Shown here one piece after another: positions 58,788-64,000 of a stretch of 64,000 nt of DNA. The position numbers were made by a program, and so were the translations under genes. Each line of letters begins with the position of its first letter. The stretch's first letter is position 1. This stretch comes from an uncultured Aliarcobacter sp. GTDB taxonomy: Bacteria > Campylobacterota > Campylobacteria > Campylobacterales > Arcobacteraceae. The notes beneath the pieces were generated by a model. That model saw only the letters and a program-made list of their open reading frames with translations. It made no database searches and was not told where the DNA came from. The stretch spans positions 160,001-224,000 of the forward strand of contig OY781945.1 of NCBI GenBank assembly GCA_963677435.1. Direction: 5' to 3'.

Positions 58788-59537
58788 ATGAAAATAGGTC
58801 TTTTTATTCCTTGTTTTATGAATGAGTTATATCCAAATATTTGTAAAGCAACATATAAAGTGTTAAAAGATCAAGGTTTACAAATAGAGTATCCACTTAG
58901 TCAAACTTGCTGTGGACAACCTATGGCAAATTCTGGTTGTTCAAAAGATGTTAAAAAGTTAGCACTTGAATTTGTAAAAACATTTAAAGATTACGATTAT
59001 ATCGTAGCACCAAGTGGTTCATGTGTAGCAATGGTAAAAGAGCATTATGCGGAGTTCTTTGATAATGATAAAGACTACAATAAAGTAAAAGCTTCTATTT
59101 ATGAAGTTTGTGAATTTTTACATGATATTATAAAAATTGAAAATATTAATTTTAATATTTCTTTCCCACATAAAGTTGGAGTTCATAACTCATGTCATGG
59201 ACATAGAGTTTTAAAACTAGCAAGTGCTAGTGAACTTAATATTCCTTATGATTCAAAACTAAAAAATCTTCTAACAAAAGTATCTGATATTGAATTAGTA
59301 ACCCTAAGAAGAGAAGATGAGTGCTGTGGATTTGGAGGAACATTTAGTGTTCAAGAAGAAGCAATTTCAGTTGCTATGGGAAAAGATAGAATAAAAGACC
59401 ATTTAGATTCATCTGCACAAGTAATAACAGGCGCTGATATGTCATGTTTAATGCATATGGATGGAATCATAAACAGAGATAAGAATCCAATAAAAGTTAT
59501 GCATATTGTAGAAATTCTTGCAGGAGTTAAACTATGA
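58788..59537 (+). CDS. lutA: Lactate utilization protein A (LldE, CCG domains)
   Basis: QTCCGQP, PSGSC, HNSCH, CCGFGGTFSV, DMSCLMH. Confidence 0.9.
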   Translation: MKIGLFIPCFMNELYPNICKATYKVLKDQGLQIEYPLSQTCCGQPMANSGCSKDVKKLALEFVKTFKDYDYIVAPSGSCVAMVKEHYAEFFDNDKDYNKVKASIYEVCEFLHDIIKIENINFNISFPHKVGVHNSCHGHRVLKLASASELNIPYDSKLKNLLTKVSDIELVTLRREDECCGFGGTFSVQEEAISVAMGKDRIKDHLDSSAQVITGADMSCLMHMDGIINRDKNPIKVMHIVEILAGVKL

Positions 59538-60904
59538 GTAGTCACAGTGTAAATGCTAGTAAATTTGTAGCTAATGATGAGAGAATGCATTGGCATGATC
59601 AAGCGCTTTGGTTTGTAAGAGAAAAAAGAGATAGAGCTAGTAAATCAATCCCTGAATGGGAAAATTTAAGAGAGTTTGCAAATCAAATTAAAACTCACAC
59701 TATGGCAAATCTTGATACATATCTTTTAGAATTTGAAAAGAATGCCACAAAAAAAGGTATTAAAGTTCATTTTGCAATTGATGCTTTAGAACATAATCAA
59801 ATTGTTGCAAAGATTTTAAAAGAACATAATGTAACAAAACTTGTAAAATCAAAATCTATGTTAACTGAAGAGTGCCACTTAAATCCATATTTAGAAAATT
59901 TAGGAATAGAAGTTATAGACACAGACTTAGGAGAAAGAATCGTTCAACTAAGACATGAGACTCCATCACATATTGTTCTTCCAGCAATTCACCTAAAAAA
60001 ATCAGATGTATCAGATACTTTCCATGAACATTTAGGAACAGAGCAAGGAAATTATGACCCAACATATCTTACTCGTGCAGCAAGAGGTGCTTTAAGAGAA
60101 GATTTCTTAACAGCACAAGCAGGACTTACAGGAGTAAATTTTGCAATTGCAAGTACTGGTGGAGTTGTAGTTTGTACAAATGAGGGAAATGCAGATATGG
60201 GAGCTAGTGTTCCAAAACTTCATATTGCTTCAATGGGAATTGAAAAAATAATTCCAAGACTTGAAGATTTATCTGTATTTACAAGATTATTAGCAAGAAG
60301 TGCAACAGGGCAACCAATCACTTCATATACTTCACATTTCCATGGACCAGTTGAGGGTGGAGAAATGCATATTATTATTGTTGATAATAATAGAAGTCAA
60401 TTTCTAGCATCTGAAAAAAATAAAAAAGCTCTAAATTGTATTAGATGTGGTGCATGTATGAATACATGTCCAGTTTACAGAAGAAGTGGTGGTCACTCTT
60501 ATGAATATGTAATTCCAGGACCAATTGGTTCAATTTTAGGTTCAAAAAAAGAGCCAGAAAAGCACAACTCTTTACCATTTGCTTGTACATTATGTGGTTC
60601 ATGTTCAAATGTTTGTCCAGTAAAAATTGACTTAGATTCACAACTTTATAGTCTAAGACAAGATTTATCTGAAGCAAACTTAATTGATCCAAAGAAAAAA
60701 ATGGTATTAAAAGTAACTGCATGGTTAATGAGTAAACCAACATTATTTGAGTTTGCTGGGAAAATGGCTAGAAAGATTGTGCCAAAATTACCAAATTCTA
60801 TTATATATAATAAAGCAAATGCGTGGGGAAAACAAAGGGATATGCCTAAAATGCCTCCAAAAAGTTTTAAAGAAATGTTTAGAGATGGAGAATTAGATGA
60901 CTAG
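59534..60904 (+). CDS. lutB: Lactate utilization protein B (LldF)
   Basis: KSKSM, TDLGE, PSHIVLPAIH, NEGN, CIRCGACMNTCP, CTLCGSC. Confidence 0.92.
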   Translation: MSSHSVNASKFVANDERMHWHDQALWFVREKRDRASKSIPEWENLREFANQIKTHTMANLDTYLLEFEKNATKKGIKVHFAIDALEHNQIVAKILKEHNVTKLVKSKSMLTEECHLNPYLENLGIEVIDTDLGERIVQLRHETPSHIVLPAIHLKKSDVSDTFHEHLGTEQGNYDPTYLTRAARGALREDFLTAQAGLTGVNFAIASTGGVVVCTNEGNADMGASVPKLHIASMGIEKIIPRLEDLSVFTRLLARSATGQPITSYTSHFHGPVEGGEMHIIIVDNNRSQFLASEKNKKALNCIRCGACMNTCPVYRRSGGHSYEYVIPGPIGSILGSKKEPEKHNSLPFACTLCGSCSNVCPVKIDLDSQLYSLRQDLSEANLIDPKKKMVLKVTAWLMSKPTLFEFAGKMARKIVPKLPNSIIYNKANAWGKQRDMPKMPPKSFKEMFRDGELDD

Positions 60905-61484
60905 TAAAGAAAAAATATTAAAAAATATTAAAGATAATAATGTTGTTAAAAATGTAAAACTTCCTACTTATGAAAATTTTGGTATTAAGTATGACAATAA
61001 ATTTGAAACTTTTTCTACTATGATTGAAAGTGTTGGTGGAAAAGCTTTATTAATTGAAAAAGACAAACTGGATGAAACAATTAAATCTCTTTATCCTGAT
61101 GAAAAACAAATAGCAAGTGATGTAGATTTTTGCTCTATTGGAAATTTTAATGCAAATGATTATGAAGATGCACATGATTTAAGCAACATTGATTTAGCAG
61201 TTGTAAGAGGTAATTTTGCAATTGCTGAAAATGGTGCAATTTGGATGAAAAATGAAAATAATAGACATAGAGCTTTATATTTTATTGCTCAAAATATTGT
61301 TATTGTAATTAATGAAAATGAACTTTTAAATAATATGCACGAAGCTTATGAAAAAATTGATTTTGATAATGCAGGTTATGGTGTATTTATTTCAGGTCCA
61401 TCAAAAACAGCAGATATTGAACAATCACTTGTAATTGGAGCACATGGACCAAAATCAGGTTATGTAATCTTCATAAAATCTTGA
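60897..61484 (+). CDS. lutC: Lactate utilization protein C (LldG, LUD domain)
   Basis: AENGAIW, ISGPSKTADIEQSLVIGAHGP. Confidence 0.92.
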   Translation: MTSKEKILKNIKDNNVVKNVKLPTYENFGIKYDNKFETFSTMIESVGGKALLIEKDKLDETIKSLYPDEKQIASDVDFCSIGNFNANDYEDAHDLSNIDLAVVRGNFAIAENGAIWMKNENNRHRALYFIAQNIVIVINENELLNNMHEAYEKIDFDNAGYGVFISGPSKTADIEQSLVIGAHGPKSGYVIFIKS

Positions 61485-61509
61485 TATAATTGCTAAATAG
61501 GGGACAATA

Positions 61510-63705
61510 ATGAAATATTTTTTACTATTTAGCATACTTTTTTTTAACTACTTATTTGCCGATCAACAAAAGGAAGTATTATTAATTCATTCATATCACA
61601 AAGGATATATCTGGACAGATGATATTTCTAAAGCCATCGAAAAAAAATTTGACGAATATAACAACATAGAATTAACAACTGTTTATATGGATACTAAAAG
61701 AATAGATAGCTCTTCTTATTTATATAATCTTTCAAAACTTTATAAACAACAATTTGATGGCAGAAAATTTGATTTAATACTTGTAAGTGACAATAATGCT
61801 TTTGATTTTATGATTAAATATCATGATTCTTTATTTAAAGATATTCCTGTTTTGTTTTGTGGGATTAATAACTTTGACAAAGTTCTTTTGGGTGAAAATG
61901 ATATGTATAAATATATGTCAGGGACAGCAGAAGAGGTTGATCTTGAAAAGAATTTTGAATTAATTTCAAATATGCATCCAAATTTAAAAAATTTATTGAT
62001 AATAAATGATACTTCAGCAACTGGTTATGCAGTAAAAAGAGATTTAAATCCAATTATTCAGAAATATAAAAAGAAATTTAATATTGAATATACAGACAAT
62101 CTAGAAATCAAAAACTTACAAACAAAAGTCTCTGAATTAGATAAAGAGAATAGTGTTATCTTATTTGTACTTTTGTTTAAAGATACAGCTGGAAAATATT
62201 TTACCTACAAACAAAGTTTTGAAGAGGTAAAAAAAGTAAGTCAAGTTCCAATTTACGGACTTTGGGATTTTTACTTAAAAAGTGGAATAGTTGGGGGATT
62301 ATTAACTTCTGCCACAGCACAAGGTGAAACTGTTGCTAAAATGGCTTTAGAAGTTTTAAATGGTAAAAAGATTTCAGATATTCCTATTTTAGAAAAATCA
62401 CCAAATTTATATATGTTCAATTATGATGAATTAAAAAGATTTAATTTATCTATACCTGAGTTTATTGATAATCCAATAATCATAAATGAACCATCTACTA
62501 TATATAAAGAGCACACAAAGTTTTTTATTGGAACTATTTTGATAATTTTGATATTAAGTATAATTGTAGTTATTTTAAGAGCAAATATAATAAGAAGAGA
62601 AAAACTTGAATTAGAACTTTCAAATAGAATTGAATTTGATAAAGTTCTACTTGATACAATCCCTAATCCTTTATATTATAAAAACATTGAGGGGAAATTT
62701 TTAGGATGTAATACAAGTTTTGCTTCATTAGTTAATTCATCAAGAAATGAAGTAATTGGAAAAACAGCTTTTGATTTTTTTCCATATAAAATTGCTAGTG
62801 AAAATACAGCAAGAGATAAAGAGTTATTACAAACTTTTAGCACAAGTACTTCTGAATTTACTTTTTATACAGCATCAAATGAGATGAAGCATATTATTTT
62901 AAATAAAGCTGTTTATAAAAATATTGATGGAAGTGTTGGTGGAATTGTTTGTATTATGGATGACATAACAGAAAGAATTCAACAAAAACAGTTTTTAATT
63001 CAACAAAGTAAACTAGCAGAAATGGGTGATATGATAGCAGCCATTGCTCACCAATGGAATGAACCACTTGTTGAGTTATCAGCACTTGTTCAAGATATTC
63101 AAACTTCATATTTATTAAAAGAGTTAAAAGATGATGAGGTAAAAGAGTTTGTTAATGACTCAATGATTCAAATAAAATATATGTCAAGAACACTTAATGA
63201 TTTTAGAAATTTCTTAAAACCATCAACAAAGAAAAAACTCTTTTCGATTTCAAAATCATTTAGTGAAATTAATGAGATAATTGGAAAACAAGTATTTTAT
63301 TCAAATATTAAAATGAATTTTAATTATAAAAATGAAAATGAAGAGTTACTTGTTTATGGCTATGAAAATGAGTTTAAACAAGTTTTATTAAATATCATTA
63401 ATAATGCAAAAAATAAAATTGTAGATAAAAATTTACCTGTAAATAAAAAAGGTAATATAAATATAAATATTCAAAGATGTCAAAATTTCAATACAATAGA
63501 AATAATTGATGATGCAGGCTCAATTGATGAAAAAATTATAAATTCAATATTTGAACCATACTTTACAACAAAAGCAGATGGAACTGGGCTTGGACTTTAT
63601 ATGGCAAAAGTAATAATAGAAGAAAAAATGAGAGGTACTATTAACGCTAAAAATGATGGCGATAATGTAATTTTTACAATAAAACTTCCTCACAAAAAGG
63701 CTTAA
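61510..63705 (+). CDS. Sensor histidine kinase with periplasmic ABC-SBP-like domain and PAS
   Basis: LLIHSYHKGYIWT sensor, TM, PAS (IPNPLYYKN..GCN), IAHQW, FEPYFTTK..GTGLGL. Confidence 0.92.
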   Translation: MKYFLLFSILFFNYLFADQQKEVLLIHSYHKGYIWTDDISKAIEKKFDEYNNIELTTVYMDTKRIDSSSYLYNLSKLYKQQFDGRKFDLILVSDNNAFDFMIKYHDSLFKDIPVLFCGINNFDKVLLGENDMYKYMSGTAEEVDLEKNFELISNMHPNLKNLLIINDTSATGYAVKRDLNPIIQKYKKKFNIEYTDNLEIKNLQTKVSELDKENSVILFVLLFKDTAGKYFTYKQSFEEVKKVSQVPIYGLWDFYLKSGIVGGLLTSATAQGETVAKMALEVLNGKKISDIPILEKSPNLYMFNYDELKRFNLSIPEFIDNPIIINEPSTIYKEHTKFFIGTILIILILSIIVVILRANIIRREKLELELSNRIEFDKVLLDTIPNPLYYKNIEGKFLGCNTSFASLVNSSRNEVIGKTAFDFFPYKIASENTARDKELLQTFSTSTSEFTFYTASNEMKHIILNKAVYKNIDGSVGGIVCIMDDITERIQQKQFLIQQSKLAEMGDMIAAIAHQWNEPLVELSALVQDIQTSYLLKELKDDEVKEFVNDSMIQIKYMSRTLNDFRNFLKPSTKKKLFSISKSFSEINEIIGKQVFYSNIKMNFNYKNENEELLVYGYENEFKQVLLNIINNAKNKIVDKNLPVNKKGNININIQRCQNFNTIEIIDDAGSIDEKIINSIFEPYFTTKADGTGLGLYMAKVIIEEKMRGTINAKNDGDNVIFTIKLPHKKA

Positions 63706-63707
63706 AA

Positions 63708-64000
63708 ATGAAAATTTTACTTTTAGAAGATAATAAAAAACTAAATGAGACCATTACAAAAAGATTAAAATTAAAAAACTACAATGTAATCTCCTTTACA
63801 GATGGGGCTGATGCTTATGAAAAAATCACAGAGGGTTTTTCTTGTTTTATTTTAGATATAAATGTTCCAAATGTTGATGGTATTAATATTTTAAAAAAAA
63901 TAAGAGAATATTACAAAATTGTGCCAGTTATTATCATAAGTGGAAGTGTTGAATTGGATATTATAAAACAATCTTACGATTTTGGTTGTAATGATTATTT
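63708..64000 (+). CDS. Response regulator (truncated by window edge)
   Basis: MKILLLEDN...ILDINVPNVDG...PVIIIS...GCNDY. Confidence 0.9.
   Translation, partial: MKILLLEDNKKLNETITKRLKLKNYNVISFTDGADAYEKITEGFSCFILDINVPNVDGINILKKIREYYKIVPVIIISGSVELDIIKQSYDFGCNDY

Noticed and set aside
1233..62053. Other short ORFs in the track overlapping larger genes (e.g. 1233, 2342, 5468, 13348, 25377, 55062, 60441)
   Set aside because: Antisense or alternate-frame shadows of well-supported genes, with no recognisable motifs

Overview
AT-rich chromosomal window from a Campylobacterota bacterium, most likely Arcobacteraceae; this is inferred from gene content (mqnP, crdA-like gene, tRNA-Arg(UCG), lutABC). Bases 1-13840 (minus strand, running off the left edge) hold an unusual type IV filament locus beside tRNA-Arg. 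It encodes a PilB/GspE ATPase, a PilC/GspF platform, a lipoprotein secretin and two bitopic assembly proteins. It also encodes three pilin-like proteins with no prepilin-peptidase leader (two start Met-Pro) and four paralogues that share a PilV/shufflon-N-like module behind Sec-type signal peptides, two of them extended by RCC1-like propellers. The rest is mostly core genome: mqnP, miaA, rpmE, rsmI, rlmB, an aminotransferase, hom, MATE, gltX, rlmN, hisF, rsmA, rnj, kdsD, rarA, hemJ, PIN-PhoH, bluB, asnB, PiT, a DEAD helicase, accBC, lutABC and a two-component pair. A CrdRS/CrdAB-CusBA-like copper efflux cluster is followed by an HvfA-like GKCG-repeat peptide, and there is an anchor-less SdhAB-like pair. 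Further observations are two apparent ATC start codons, a 33-aa membrane microprotein below the ORF-track cut-off, candidate OmpR-type operators and a structured DEAD-box leader. All calls come from reading motifs by eye; no searches were run.
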